NCBI GenBank assembly: GCA_035371305.1
Contig: DAOOWN010000002.1
Span: 9,908 to 73,907, forward strand
Direction: 5' to 3'
Length of the DNA stretch: 64,000 nucleotides
DNA from: Bacteroidales bacterium
GTDB taxonomy: Bacteria > Bacteroidota > Bacteroidia > Bacteroidales > GWA2-32-17
This document shows positions 54,595 through 64,000 of this stretch, one piece after another. Under the pieces are notes generated by a model. It worked only from the letters and a program-made list of their open reading frames with translations, had not been told where the DNA came from and searched no databases. Each line of letters begins with the position of its first letter. Positions within the stretch are counted from its first letter, which is position 1. The translations under genes were made by a program, and so were the position numbers.

Positions 54595-55857
54595 TTAATG
54601 AGAAATATTCTGAAGTTTTGTATCGTTGGCATTATGCTTATGTTTAAAAAGAATAGCAAACAAAATAGCTACCACTAAAGCATAGATTGCAAAAGTCAGC
54701 CAGATATCATGCCAGTCTTTGTTCCCATTTTCCATTATAAAAAACTTTTTTATAATAATACCACTGGTTAAAGAGCCTATCATTGTTCCAAAACCATTGG
54801 TCATCATCATAAACAATCCTTGTGCACTAGCTCTGATAGACGAATCACATTGAGTTTCGACAAATAATGCACCTGAAATATTAAAGAAATCGAATGCCAT
54901 ACCATATACTATACACGACAAGATTATCATCCACAAACCCTCAGCCGGATTCCCGAATCCAAATAAACCAAAACGCAACACCCATGCAAACATACTCATT
55001 AACATTACTTTTTTAATACCAAATTTCTTTAAGAAAAAAGGAATGGTAAGAATAAAAAGCGTTTCGGACATTTGTGAGATTGACATAATAATAGTGGAAT
55101 AACGAACTACAAAAGAATCGGCATATATAGGAATATTTTTAAACTCATCCAAAAAAACATCGCCATACATATTGGTTAATTGAAGGGAAGCGCCAAGCAG
55201 CATCGAAAAAATAAAGAACAGAGCCATTTTATAATTTGCAAACAACTTAAAAGCATCTAAACCTAAAAGCTTTACCCATGAAGTATTGCCCGATGTTTTT
55301 AATTGTGGAGGACATTTGGGTAAAGTAAATGAATACAAACCTAATGCAAATGACGCAAATGCAGAAATGTAAAATTGAACTTCCGTAGCTTTATTACCCG
55401 TTAAGTTGGTAATCCACATGGCAGCGATAAAACCAATCGTACCAAACACACGAATGGGCGGGAAATCTTTAACTACATCATACCCCTTTGTTTTAAGTGC
55501 ATTATAACCTATCGTATTGGTAAGAGCAATGGTTGGCATATAAAAACACATGGCCAATAACATAAACCAGAAAAAAGTATTCGGGTTATTTATAAATGGA
55601 AAATAAAAAACAGTTGCACCGCTTAATAGATGTAAAATAGCATAAAGTTTTTCGGCATTAATCCATTTATCGGCAATAATTCCGGTTAATGTAGGCATAA
55701 ACAATGAAGCAATACCGAGCGTAAGAAAAATAGCTCCAAATTCAGTACTTCCCCACTGTTTAGTTCCAAACCAATAATTGGCAATCGTTATAAGCCAAGC
55801 TCCCCAAACAAAAAATTGGAGAAAATTCATCACAATTAACCTAAATTTTAGATTCAT
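54595..55857 (-). CDS. Nucleoside:H+ symporter family MFS permease (NupG/XapB-like)
   Basis: 12 TM segments; N-terminal RLIVMNFLQFFVWGAWLITIANYW, typical of the family. Confidence 0.8.
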   Translation of the reverse strand: MNLKFRLIVMNFLQFFVWGAWLITIANYWFGTKQWGSTEFGAIFLTLGIASLFMPTLTGIIADKWINAEKLYAILHLLSGATVFYFPFINNPNTFFWFMLLAMCFYMPTIALTNTIGYNALKTKGYDVVKDFPPIRVFGTIGFIAAMWITNLTGNKATEVQFYISAFASFALGLYSFTLPKCPPQLKTSGNTSWVKLLGLDAFKLFANYKMALFFIFSMLLGASLQLTNMYGDVFLDEFKNIPIYADSFVVRYSTIIMSISQMSETLFILTIPFFLKKFGIKKVMLMSMFAWVLRFGLFGFGNPAEGLWMIILSCIVYGMAFDFFNISGALFVETQCDSSIRASAQGLFMMMTNGFGTMIGSLTSGIIIKKFFIMENGNKDWHDIWLTFAIYALVVAILFAILFKHKHNANDTKLQNISH

Positions 55858-55879
55858 AAAGTGTTAGCATTAAAAAAAA

Positions 55880-56464
55880 TTAATAATCTTTTTTTCTTCG
55901 AACCAGTTCATCTCTAATGGCAGAAGCTTTCTCGTAATCTTCGTTTTCTATGGCTTTTTGTAACAATTCCTCTAACTCATCTATCGTATATTTTGAATAA
56001 ATCGATTGTCTGTCAGAGCGATCATCGGTTACGTTTTCGTCTTTTTCTTCCTCAAACGACAATAAAATTCCTGCTTTCTCTATAATTTCTTCGGTCGTAT
56101 AAATCGGGCACTCGAAACGCAATGCAAGAGCAATGGCATCTGAAGTTCTGCTATCAATAACAACTTGCTCATCGTCCTTTTGTAAAATAAGATTTGAGTA
56201 AAACAACCCCTCTTCCAATTTATAAATATTTACTTCTAATAAGTCCACCTTAAAAACAGAAGCAAATGTTACAAATAAATCGTGTGTAAGAGGACGGGGA
56301 GGTTTTAAATTTTCTAGTTGTATGGCAATAGCCTGAGCCTCGAATGAACCAATAATGATAGGAATTCTTTTTGTTCCTTCTTCTTCTTGCAATACCAATG
56401 CATAAGCCCCAGAATGTGTTTCACTGTATGATAAGCCTACTACTTTTAATTTAATTTTCTTCAT
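55880..56464 (-). CDS. Bifunctional nuclease family protein (DUF151) with C-terminal UVR motif
   Basis: RIPIIIGSFEAQAIA...PRPLTHDL...SRTSDAIALALR; C-terminal YEKASAIRDEL. Confidence 0.8.
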   Translation of the reverse strand: MKKIKLKVVGLSYSETHSGAYALVLQEEEGTKRIPIIIGSFEAQAIAIQLENLKPPRPLTHDLFVTFASVFKVDLLEVNIYKLEEGLFYSNLILQKDDEQVVIDSRTSDAIALALRFECPIYTTEEIIEKAGILLSFEEEKDENVTDDRSDRQSIYSKYTIDELEELLQKAIENEDYEKASAIRDELVRRKKDY

Positions 56465-56580
56465 TAAAAATACGTCCCATTTCGTTTGAACAAAAATAAG
56501 AAAATCATTTTGTAAATAACCATATCCCTGCTAATTTTTTATAAAAAAATCAAAGTTGAATTTTTTTTTGATAAAAAGAG

Positions 56581-56610
56581 TTGAAGATTGAAAAAAACTT
56601 TATATCTTTG
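56581..56610 (+). promoter_or_regulatory. Promoter TTG-N19-TATCTTTG for rplU-rpmA
   Basis: TTG 56581-56583, TATCTTTG 56603-56610. The ORF-track TTG start (56588) lies inside the spacer. Confidence 0.55.
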
Positions 56611-56641
56611 CAGTCCAAAACAAAACCTATCTTATATAATC

Positions 56642-56953
56642 ATGTATGCTATTGTAGATATTGCAGGACAGCAATTTAAAGTAGAAAAAGGTAAAAAATT
56701 TTTCGTACACCGCTTAACCGCTGATGAAGGTTCGTCTGTAGAATTTTCAAAAATTTTATTAGCCGACAACGAAGGCAAAGTTACCGTAGGAAAACCTTAT
56801 ATAGACGGAGCCAAAATCTCTGCTAAAGTTGTTAAGCACTTAAAAGGTGACAAAGTTTTAGTATTTAAAAAGAAAAGACGCAACGGATACCGTAAATTAA
56901 ATGGTCATCGTCAATTCTTTTCGCAAATTGAAATAGAAAATATTCAACTCTAA
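56642..56953 (+). CDS. rplU: 50S ribosomal protein L21
   Basis: [19 protein letters not shown]...[26 protein letters not shown]. Confidence 0.95.
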   Translation: MYAIVDIAGQQFKVEKGKKFFVHRLTADEGSSVEFSKILLADNEGKVTVGKPYIDGAKISAKVVKHLKGDKVLVFKKKRRNGYRKLNGHRQFFSQIEIENIQL

Positions 56954-56965
56954 AAACTTACAATT

Positions 56966-57229
56966 ATGGCACATAAAAAAGGAGCTGGTAGTTCAACAAA
57001 TGGTCGTGAATCGCACAGTAAGCGTTTAGGCGTTAAAATATACGGTGGTCAAATTGCCAAAGCCGGAAATATTATTATTCGTCAACGTGGAACCGTTCAT
57101 CGTCCCGGAAACAATGTAGGTATGGGTAAAGATCATACTCTTTTTGCATTAGTTGACGGAAAAGTAGTTTTTAAACGCAAAAGTGACAATAAATCATACG
57201 TTTTCATTGAACCAATTAATATTCAATAA
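56966..57229 (+). CDS. rpmA: 50S ribosomal protein L27
   Basis: [24 protein letters not shown]...[24 protein letters not shown]. Confidence 0.95.
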   Translation: MAHKKGAGSSTNGRESHSKRLGVKIYGGQIAKAGNIIIRQRGTVHRPGNNVGMGKDHTLFALVDGKVVFKRKSDNKSYVFIEPINIQ

Positions 57230-57249
57230 TTTTTTTAAGTCATTTAATC

Positions 57250-57291
57250 AACTCCTTAGTTTGTCTAAAGATAACTAAGGAGTTTTTTTTT
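57250..57291 (+). terminator. Rho-independent terminator after rpmA
   Basis: AACTCCTTAGTT-N11-AACTAAGGAGTT (12-bp stem) followed by a T-run. Confidence 0.85.
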
Positions 57292-57302
57292 ATTAAAAAG
57301 CT

Positions 57303-58574
57303 ATGTTACAGTTAAAGAACTTATTAGAACAAAAAAATGAAGTCATCGAACGACTCAAAATTAAAAACATTGATGCTACCGAAACCATCAATAAAATTAT
57401 AAACTTAGACACAGAAAGAAGAAAAAATCAAAAAGAAGCTGACGACACTCAAGCTGAACTTAATAAAATAGCGAAAGAAATTGGACTGTACATTAAGCAA
57501 GGTGAAACAAGCAAAGCCGAAAATGCTAAAGCAAAAACCAACGAACTTAAAAATAAGGTTCAGGAATTAGTACAAAAATACGCACAAATTGAGGAAGAAA
57601 TCCATCAATTATTGGTAACACTACCCAACATGCCTCATTCTTCGGTTCCAAAAGGTAAAACAGCCGAAGACAATATCATAGTTCGAAGTGGAGGACCTTC
57701 GGCCACTGCTAACAACGGATTACCTCATTGGGATTTAGCAAAAAAATACGACATTATCGATTTTGAACTTGGAAATAAAATTACCGGTGCCGGTTTTCCT
57801 GTTTATAAAGGCAAAGGTGCAAAACTTCAGCGAGCCCTTATTTCCTTTTTCCTCGATAAAGCTATTGAAGCCGGCTTTAAGGAAGTGATACCACCTTTTA
57901 TGGTAAACGAAGCTTCAGGCTTTGGAACGGGTCAACTCCCGGATAAGGAAGGACAAATGTACCATGCAACCGTTGATAATTTTTATTTGGTTCCAACAGC
58001 CGAAGTGCCGGTTACTAATATCTTTAGAGATGTAATTTTAAACGAAAGCGATTTCCCAATAAAATATACCGCTTACACCCCCTGTTTCAGACGCGAAGCC
58101 GGTTCGTATGGAAAAGATGTACGTGGGTTAAACCGCTTACATCAATTTGATAAAGTTGAGATTGTTGTTGTTGAGCATCCCGAACGTTCTTACGAACAAT
58201 TGGAACAAATGGTAAAGCATGTCGAAAATTTGGTAACCTTACTTCAACTTCCATACAGAATTGTTAAGCTATGCGGTGGTGATATGAGTTTTACATCAGC
58301 GCTTACCTACGATTTTGAAGTTTATAGTAAAGCTCAGCAACGTTGGTTAGAAGTAAGTTCGGTTTCAAATTTTGAATCATTCCAGGCAAACAGGCTTAAA
58401 TTAAGATATAAAGATACCCAAACCAAGAAAAATATTCTTTGTCATACCCTCAATGGCAGTGCCTTAGCTTTACCGCGAATTGTTGCTGCACTTTTAGAAA
58501 ATAACCAAACCGATAATGGCATTTTAATTCCGGAAGCGTTAGTGCCCTACACAGGATTTGATAAAATTGATTAG
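57303..58574 (+). CDS. serS: Serine--tRNA ligase
   Basis: N-terminal coiled-coil arm; class II motifs FRREAGSYGKDVRGLNRLHQF, NGSALALPRIVAALLEN. Confidence 0.95.
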   Translation: MLQLKNLLEQKNEVIERLKIKNIDATETINKIINLDTERRKNQKEADDTQAELNKIAKEIGLYIKQGETSKAENAKAKTNELKNKVQELVQKYAQIEEEIHQLLVTLPNMPHSSVPKGKTAEDNIIVRSGGPSATANNGLPHWDLAKKYDIIDFELGNKITGAGFPVYKGKGAKLQRALISFFLDKAIEAGFKEVIPPFMVNEASGFGTGQLPDKEGQMYHATVDNFYLVPTAEVPVTNIFRDVILNESDFPIKYTAYTPCFRREAGSYGKDVRGLNRLHQFDKVEIVVVEHPERSYEQLEQMVKHVENLVTLLQLPYRIVKLCGGDMSFTSALTYDFEVYSKAQQRWLEVSSVSNFESFQANRLKLRYKDTQTKKNILCHTLNGSALALPRIVAALLENNQTDNGILIPEALVPYTGFDKID

Positions 58575-59944
58575 GGTTCGGCTACAACATCAATCTCCTC
58601 GGTAGGAATATATTTTTTTACTACCGATTTATTTTTCCATCTTCCAATTTTATAGTAACTATACGAAAACAACATTCCAAAAAACCAGGCAACAGGTATA
58701 GCCCACCAAATACCTATGTAACCAAAAGATTTTGACATTAAATATGCTAAGGGAATACGAATTACCCAAAGAGAAAATAACGTGATAAACATAGGGATTA
58801 ATGTATCTCCGGCTCCTCTTAAAACACCATTATTCACAAACATTGCCGTAAAAAAAACAAAGAAAAAAGAAACAATATTTAAATAACCCCTGCTTATATT
58901 TATTACTGCTAAATCTTCTGTAAATAAACGAGTTAATGGATATGAAAAAATTAAAATAATTAAGGTGGATACAATGGTTATTAATAACGTCATTTTTAGG
59001 GTAGCCAAATAACCTTTTTTAACTCTATCAATCCTTTGAGCACCAATATTTTGACCAACAAAAGTAGAAAGTGCAGCAGCAAAATTCATTGCCGGTAATG
59101 CCACAAAAGATTCTATTCTTGTTGCAATGGAATAGGCCGCTACTACATCGGTTCCAAATGCATTGACCACACTTAACAATGCTACCATACCCAACGCCAC
59201 AAATGATTGTTGCAATGCGGTAGGCAAACCAATTTGGATAGATTTCTTCATGATATAACTATCAAAAGAAAAATTCCAAAATTTAAACTTTAAAAAGTCG
59301 TGAAACTTATTGATGTAAAAAATTGAAGTTATAAAAGCTATTCCTTGTGCAATGATAGTTGCCCATGCCGCACCTTCAATACCCCAATCAAATACGGCAA
59401 CAAATAACAAATCTAAACCAATATTTAATATGGTGGACAGAATAATAAAGTACAACGGAGTTTTAGAATCGCCCATTCCCCTGTAAATAGCAGCATTACC
59501 ATTATATCCGAAAAAGAATACCAGCCCTAATAAATAAACACGTAAATATTGAATGGCTTGAACATGAATATCGGCAGGTGTTTTTATTAATGTCAACACA
59601 TTGTCCATTAACAACAAACCAACAATTGTAAATATTGCCGATGAAATAAACAAAATGATATTCATGGTATCAACGGTTCGCTGTACGTTCTTATAATCCT
59701 TAGCACCGAAATATTGAGCAATGATGACGTTAAAACCGATTGACAAACCAACAATTAATGATATTAGCGTAAAAATCAATGGCATGGTTATTCCAACAGC
59801 AGCCAACGCAGCTTTTCCCAAAAATTGCCCCACTACAATGCTATCAACAACATTGTATAGTTGTTGAAAAACATTTCCAAGAAGCATGGGTAAAGCAAAA
59901 TTCAAAATCAGCTTTGATTCGTTTCCTACCGTTAAATCTTTCAT
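58571..59944 (-). CDS. MATE-family efflux transporter
   Basis: 12 TM segments; LPMLLGNVFQQLYNVVDSIVVGQFLGKAALAAVG. Confidence 0.9.
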   Translation of the reverse strand: MKDLTVGNESKLILNFALPMLLGNVFQQLYNVVDSIVVGQFLGKAALAAVGITMPLIFTLISLIVGLSIGFNVIIAQYFGAKDYKNVQRTVDTMNIILFISSAIFTIVGLLLMDNVLTLIKTPADIHVQAIQYLRVYLLGLVFFFGYNGNAAIYRGMGDSKTPLYFIILSTILNIGLDLLFVAVFDWGIEGAAWATIIAQGIAFITSIFYINKFHDFLKFKFWNFSFDSYIMKKSIQIGLPTALQQSFVALGMVALLSVVNAFGTDVVAAYSIATRIESFVALPAMNFAAALSTFVGQNIGAQRIDRVKKGYLATLKMTLLITIVSTLIILIFSYPLTRLFTEDLAVINISRGYLNIVSFFFVFFTAMFVNNGVLRGAGDTLIPMFITLFSLWVIRIPLAYLMSKSFGYIGIWWAIPVAWFFGMLFSYSYYKIGRWKNKSVVKKYIPTEEIDVVAEP

Positions 59945-60129
59945 AGTGCAAAAGTGCTAAAATTATAAGAAATAAACTATGTTTTTTATAGAATACGGAC
60001 AATAAAAAATATTTTTTGGTGCAAAAAGTTATTAAACATACTTGGTTACTAAATATATTTAGCTTTTTATTTCTTGATATCAAAAAATATTATATCTTTG
60101 TTTTAAATTACATGCTAATCAAGAAAACT

Positions 60130-61218
60130 ATGAAAAAAACATTTGTTGTATTAATGATGTTGCTTGGAAGTGGGATTGTAAATACTATACTCCAAGCTCA
60201 AGAGACTGAAATAAATTTAGACAAAATATTCTGCTACAGGCAAATAGAAAAACAGAACAACGTATTAACCATTACTTTGCTCATAAACACAAAAGGATTA
60301 GAGCGAGAAAAAACGTTAAAAATAAAAGAAAAATTTCCTAACGGATTTCAATGTAAAATAAAAGAAGGATATGGAAGTACAAATGCCGCTGCAGAAAACT
60401 CAATTCTTTTTGTATGGTCTGTTTTACCCCAAAATGAGCTTTTTGTAGTTAAATACGAATTAACATCACCGGCTTCTTTAAATGAATCGATCAACATTAA
60501 CGGCAATGTTTCCTTTTTAAGCGAAACGGGAATAAAATATGTTAGTGTAGAACAACGCGATTTTATGAGCAATAGCGAAATAGCAATGAAAATAAAAAAC
60601 ATCCCTCCCTATCAACCAGGCTCAAACGCTCCGGCCACTGTTCAATCAAGTAACATTACTGTTTCCGATGTACCTAAAACAACCGTTTCAAGCACACCTG
60701 TTACGCCCGTTTCCGAAAATACTACTGCCCCAAAACCAGTAATTAGGACAAATGTAAAAGAAGAACCCATTAGCAATCAAACTATCGAAAATAAAACAAC
60801 TTCACAAAACAACATAAATAGCAAAGCAAATGTAGAGCCCATAAAACCCACTACCGAAGAACCAGTTAAAAAGGAAAGTCCTAATGTAACAGAACTTCCT
60901 CCTGTTACAAACAAAACGGTTACAAAAGCACCTAATACCGTTTCTACCCCATCCGGTTTTTATTATACTGTTCAGTTAGGAGCATCACCGAAGAAGTTGC
61001 CTTCGAATTATTACGACAAATACCAATTTAATCAACCGGTGGATGAGCTTTTTGTTGACAACATGTATAAATATTCGGTTGGAAAATTCAACACATTAAA
61101 AGAAGCCAATAACTATCAAAACTATGTAAAGCAAAAAGGCTTACAATGCTTTGTAGTAGCATACAACGAAGGTAAAAAGATAACCGTTAAAGAAGCACTC
61201 GCCATTAGCAAACAATAG
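60130..61218 (+). CDS. Secreted protein with Thr/Pro/Val-rich linker and C-terminal SPOR domain
   Basis: ATG 60130 gives signal peptide MKKTFVVLMMLLGSGIVNTILQAQ; C-terminal FYYTVQLGAS...YKYSVGKFNTLKEANNYQNYVKQKG; -7 box TATCTTTG at 60093-60100. Confidence 0.65.
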   Translation: MKKTFVVLMMLLGSGIVNTILQAQETEINLDKIFCYRQIEKQNNVLTITLLINTKGLEREKTLKIKEKFPNGFQCKIKEGYGSTNAAAENSILFVWSVLPQNELFVVKYELTSPASLNESININGNVSFLSETGIKYVSVEQRDFMSNSEIAMKIKNIPPYQPGSNAPATVQSSNITVSDVPKTTVSSTPVTPVSENTTAPKPVIRTNVKEEPISNQTIENKTTSQNNINSKANVEPIKPTTEEPVKKESPNVTELPPVTNKTVTKAPNTVSTPSGFYYTVQLGASPKKLPSNYYDKYQFNQPVDELFVDNMYKYSVGKFNTLKEANNYQNYVKQKGLQCFVVAYNEGKKITVKEALAISKQ

Positions 61219-61257
61219 TTTTTCACCTTCATCCCATCTCGTTAATTATTATTTCAC

Positions 61258-61265
61258 TATTTTTG
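61258..61265 (+). promoter_or_regulatory. -7 promoter box TATTTTTG
   Basis: Exact TAnnTTTG match 21 nt upstream of the ATG at 61286. Confidence 0.4.
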
Positions 61266-61285
61266 CCCTGAACAAAGAGTGAATT

Positions 61286-62878
61286 ATGAAGCGCTTTCCT
61301 CATACTTATGTTATTGTATTCGCCATTATTGTTGTAGTGGCTATACTTACATGGATTATTCCGGGTGGCGAATTTGCCAGAAAAACGATGTTGGTTAATG
61401 GACACGAACGTGTTGTAATAGATGCTTCTTCTTTTAAATACACCACTAATCAGCCTCAAATTTGGGAAATATTGGGTGCTTTTTTTCAAGGTTTTGTTAA
61501 TCAGGCCGGTATCATCGTTTTTATTTTAATTATTGGCGGTGCTTTTTGGATTATCAATACAACAAAATCTATTGATATTGGCATACAATCGTTGGTTTGC
61601 AGAATTAACAACGCCAATAAAATTGCCTTTATTCGTTTTCTTGGTTCAGATAATGTAGCGTTAGTTTTCATTATGCTTATATTCAGCTTGTTTGGAGCTA
61701 TTTTTGGGATGAGCGAAGAAACCATTGCTTTTATTGTCATTTTCGTTCCATTAGCTATATCTATGGGGTACGATTCCATTATTGGAATTTCAATTACCTA
61801 CTTAGCTGCTCATGTTGGCTTTGCAGCTGCAATGATGAATCCTTTTACAATAGGTATTGCTCAGGGCATTTCTCAATTACCCTTATTTTCAGGTATAGAA
61901 TATCGAGCTTTGTGTTGGATTATAATAAACACCCTCGCTATAGCCTTCGTTCTTTTGTATGCAAAGCGCATAAAAAAAGCTCCGGAACGGTCGCCGATGT
62001 ACAAGCTCGACCACCTGTGGCGAAACGAACACATGCAATCAACTTCACTGGAGCAATTTAAATCAACTGCAAAAACTTGGATTATCTATATAATTTTAAC
62101 TGCTACAGGAATAATTTTATCGTTTAAATTCTCATCAACAACTATTCATTTAGGTAAATCTGTTTTCTCATTTAATTTTATTGCAATTATAACCTTGTAC
62201 TTTGTCATAAGTTCTTTTATAGCTATCCGCAAGTCGTTACAATATTTTATTTTAAATCTTTTAATAACAACTATTTTTATTTTAATTATAGGCGTACTGG
62301 GTTATGAATGGTACATTAAAGAAATTGCTTCGCTGTTTTTAGCCTTAGGAATTATAACTTCGATTGTATATGGTTATTCTGCCAACGATACAGTTAAACA
62401 TTTTTTAGATGGCGCCAAAGACATTTTATCTGCAGCGTTGGTAGTAGGTTTAGCCGGAGGCATTATCGTATTACTAAACGATGGAAAAATTATTGATACC
62501 ATTTTGTATCATATTTCTCAATCACTAAAAAATACGGGTGAAATCACCTCGGTAAGTTTAATGTACCTATTTCAAAACGGGCTTAATATCATCATACCTT
62601 CCGGCTCTGCAAAAGCAGCCTTAACGATGCCCATCATGGCACAATTTTCTGATTTGATTGGAGTTTCGCGTCAACTTACCGTTCTTGCATTCCAATTTGG
62701 CGATGGTTTTACAAATATGATTACTCCAACCAGCGGTGTATTGCTCGGTGCGCTTTCAATGGCTAAGATTCCTTATACTACTTGGTTTAAATGGGTTTTG
62801 CCATTTATCATTATATTAATTTTAATAGGATGGCTTTTGCTTCTTCCTCCTCTTTTCTGGAGTTTTAACGGCTTCTAA
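61286..62878 (+). CDS. yfcC: YfcC-family (DcuC-like) membrane transporter
   Basis: MKRFPHTYVIVFAIIVVVAILTWIIPGGEF N-terminus; polytopic; SGSAKAALTMPIM motif. Confidence 0.8.
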   Translation: MKRFPHTYVIVFAIIVVVAILTWIIPGGEFARKTMLVNGHERVVIDASSFKYTTNQPQIWEILGAFFQGFVNQAGIIVFILIIGGAFWIINTTKSIDIGIQSLVCRINNANKIAFIRFLGSDNVALVFIMLIFSLFGAIFGMSEETIAFIVIFVPLAISMGYDSIIGISITYLAAHVGFAAAMMNPFTIGIAQGISQLPLFSGIEYRALCWIIINTLAIAFVLLYAKRIKKAPERSPMYKLDHLWRNEHMQSTSLEQFKSTAKTWIIYIILTATGIILSFKFSSTTIHLGKSVFSFNFIAIITLYFVISSFIAIRKSLQYFILNLLITTIFILIIGVLGYEWYIKEIASLFLALGIITSIVYGYSANDTVKHFLDGAKDILSAALVVGLAGGIIVLLNDGKIIDTILYHISQSLKNTGEITSVSLMYLFQNGLNIIIPSGSAKAALTMPIMAQFSDLIGVSRQLTVLAFQFGDGFTNMITPTSGVLLGALSMAKIPYTTWFKWVLPFIIILILIGWLLLLPPLFWSFNGF

Positions 62879-63852
62879 TTCAATTTAACGTTCAATTCTT
62901 TAATTGTGATGGGAACAACTCCGACTTTTTCGCAAACGATTCCTGCAGCAACATTTGAGATATAAGCAATATCGTATAATGACATCCCTAACGCCAAACA
63001 AAGAGTGGCTGTAGCAATAACGGTATCTCCCGCACCCGAAACATCTGCCAAATCGCGAACTTGAGTAGGAATATGATATAATTCTTTATCGTTAATAATG
63101 AACATTCCCAGTTCCGAAAGGGTTACCATTATGGCTTTATGGTTTTGTTGTTCCATAAACTTTTGACAAAGCTTGGGAAGCTGATCCAAAAGAGAAGACT
63201 TGTATATATCTGTTTTTAAGCCGATTGTCAATTCTTTTAAATTGGGTTTAAATAAATCGATGTTTTTATAATTCATGAAATTACGATGCTTGGGATCGAC
63301 TGTTACAGGAATTTTTCTTTTTGAAGCTTCAAGAGTTACTTTTTCTATCAATGTTTTTGTAATGCAGCCTTTATCATAGTCTTCAAAAAGAACAGCATGT
63401 ATGGTATGTGTGTCGAAAATTGACAAAATATGATGAATTAATTTGCTTTCTTCTTCGGCATTTAAGGGTGTATCTATTTCGTCATCAACACGAAGAAGGT
63501 GCTGACTATGTCCAATAATTCTGGTTTTACACGTAGTTGGTCGGTGATGACTTTCAACTAAACCTTGTGTATCAATATTAACCGATAAACATAAATGTTT
63601 AAAAAGTCCGCCTTTCGAATCATTTCCGATAACACTACATAATATTGGTTCTGCACCTAACGATTTTATATTTAGTGCAACATTTGCCGCTCCTCCTAAA
63701 CGTTCTTCTCTTTTTTCGATGGCTACAATTGGAATCGGTGCTTCGGGCGAAATGCGTTCTACTCTTCCCCACATATATTCATCAATCATTACATCACCAA
63801 TAACTAATATTTTTAATTTTCCGAATTGCTCAATAACATTACTAGATTCCAT
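62875..63852 (-). CDS. D-glycero-beta-D-manno-heptose-7-phosphate kinase (RfaE/HldE domain I, PfkB family)
   Basis: ILVIGDVMIDEYMWGRVERISPEAPIPIV, RLGGAANVALNIKSLG, DVSGAGDTVIA. Confidence 0.8.
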   Translation of the reverse strand: MESSNVIEQFGKLKILVIGDVMIDEYMWGRVERISPEAPIPIVAIEKREERLGGAANVALNIKSLGAEPILCSVIGNDSKGGLFKHLCLSVNIDTQGLVESHHRPTTCKTRIIGHSQHLLRVDDEIDTPLNAEEESKLIHHILSIFDTHTIHAVLFEDYDKGCITKTLIEKVTLEASKRKIPVTVDPKHRNFMNYKNIDLFKPNLKELTIGLKTDIYKSSLLDQLPKLCQKFMEQQNHKAIMVTLSELGMFIINDKELYHIPTQVRDLADVSGAGDTVIATATLCLALGMSLYDIAYISNVAAGIVCEKVGVVPITIKELNVKLN

Positions 63853-64000
63853 AAGTTCAAAAATTCACCTTTCAAACCTACAAATTATTTTTTTAAAAAC
63901 AAACGCTTCTTTTATTTATTAGGCAATATTAAAAGAATGGTATATTATCTGACAATAAAAAATTGCTTATAATGGTTTCCAAACTTAATAAGATACCAAC

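Noticed and set aside
63929-64000. Possible C-terminal fragment of a minus-strand gene at the window edge (...VGILLSLETIISNFLLSDNIPFF*)
   Set aside because: Only 23 codons are visible, which is too short to call coding or to assign a function.
1-64000. Search for CRISPR arrays, tRNA/rRNA genes, riboswitches, IS elements and defence islands
   Set aside because: The intergenic regions are short and AT-rich. They contain no regularly spaced direct repeats, cloverleaf-capable GC-rich segments, B12/TPP/SAM-type conserved boxes or transposase-like ORFs that I could see. All repeat DNA lies within repeat-protein genes. A covariance-model scan (Infernal/Rfam, tRNAscan-SE) would be needed to exclude small ncRNAs formally.

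Overview
AT-rich chromosomal segment that looks like Bacteroidota. The evidence is two kinds of T9SS C-terminal sorting domains, a TonB-dependent receptor followed by surface lipoproteins, and many intergenic TAnnTTTG -7 boxes. The organism probably has an anaerobic lifestyle (pyruvate:ferredoxin oxidoreductase, split transketolase, NifX-like protein); I cannot name a species. Most of the window is housekeeping or envelope biology: folC (partial), rho, nifJ/PFOR, dnaX, xerD, aroQ, purH, mreBCD-mrdA-rodA, thyA, rplU-rpmA and serS. I found no rRNA, tRNA, CRISPR array, transposase or prophage. The parts worth a second look are: (1) a compact operon on the minus strand encoding a DUF134 regulator, a 59-aa DUF5320 ORF absent from the supplied ORF track, and a His-tailed NifX-like protein, with an operator-like palindrome against its promoter; (2) a TonB-dependent receptor with an overlapping 32-codon upstream ORF and two tandem DUF5689 lipoprotein paralogs; (3) a 1705-aa modular T9SS type-B adhesin operon with palindromes around its promoter; (4) a GntR(YtrA-like)/ABC/GIN-domain operon with a putative operator; (5) two candidate recoding or slippage sites in dnaX; (6) an 11-kb run of ten tightly packed genes that extends the elongasome operon into uncharacterised genes. 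None of these is proven novel from sequence alone. All functional calls rest on motif recognition by eye, not on database searches.
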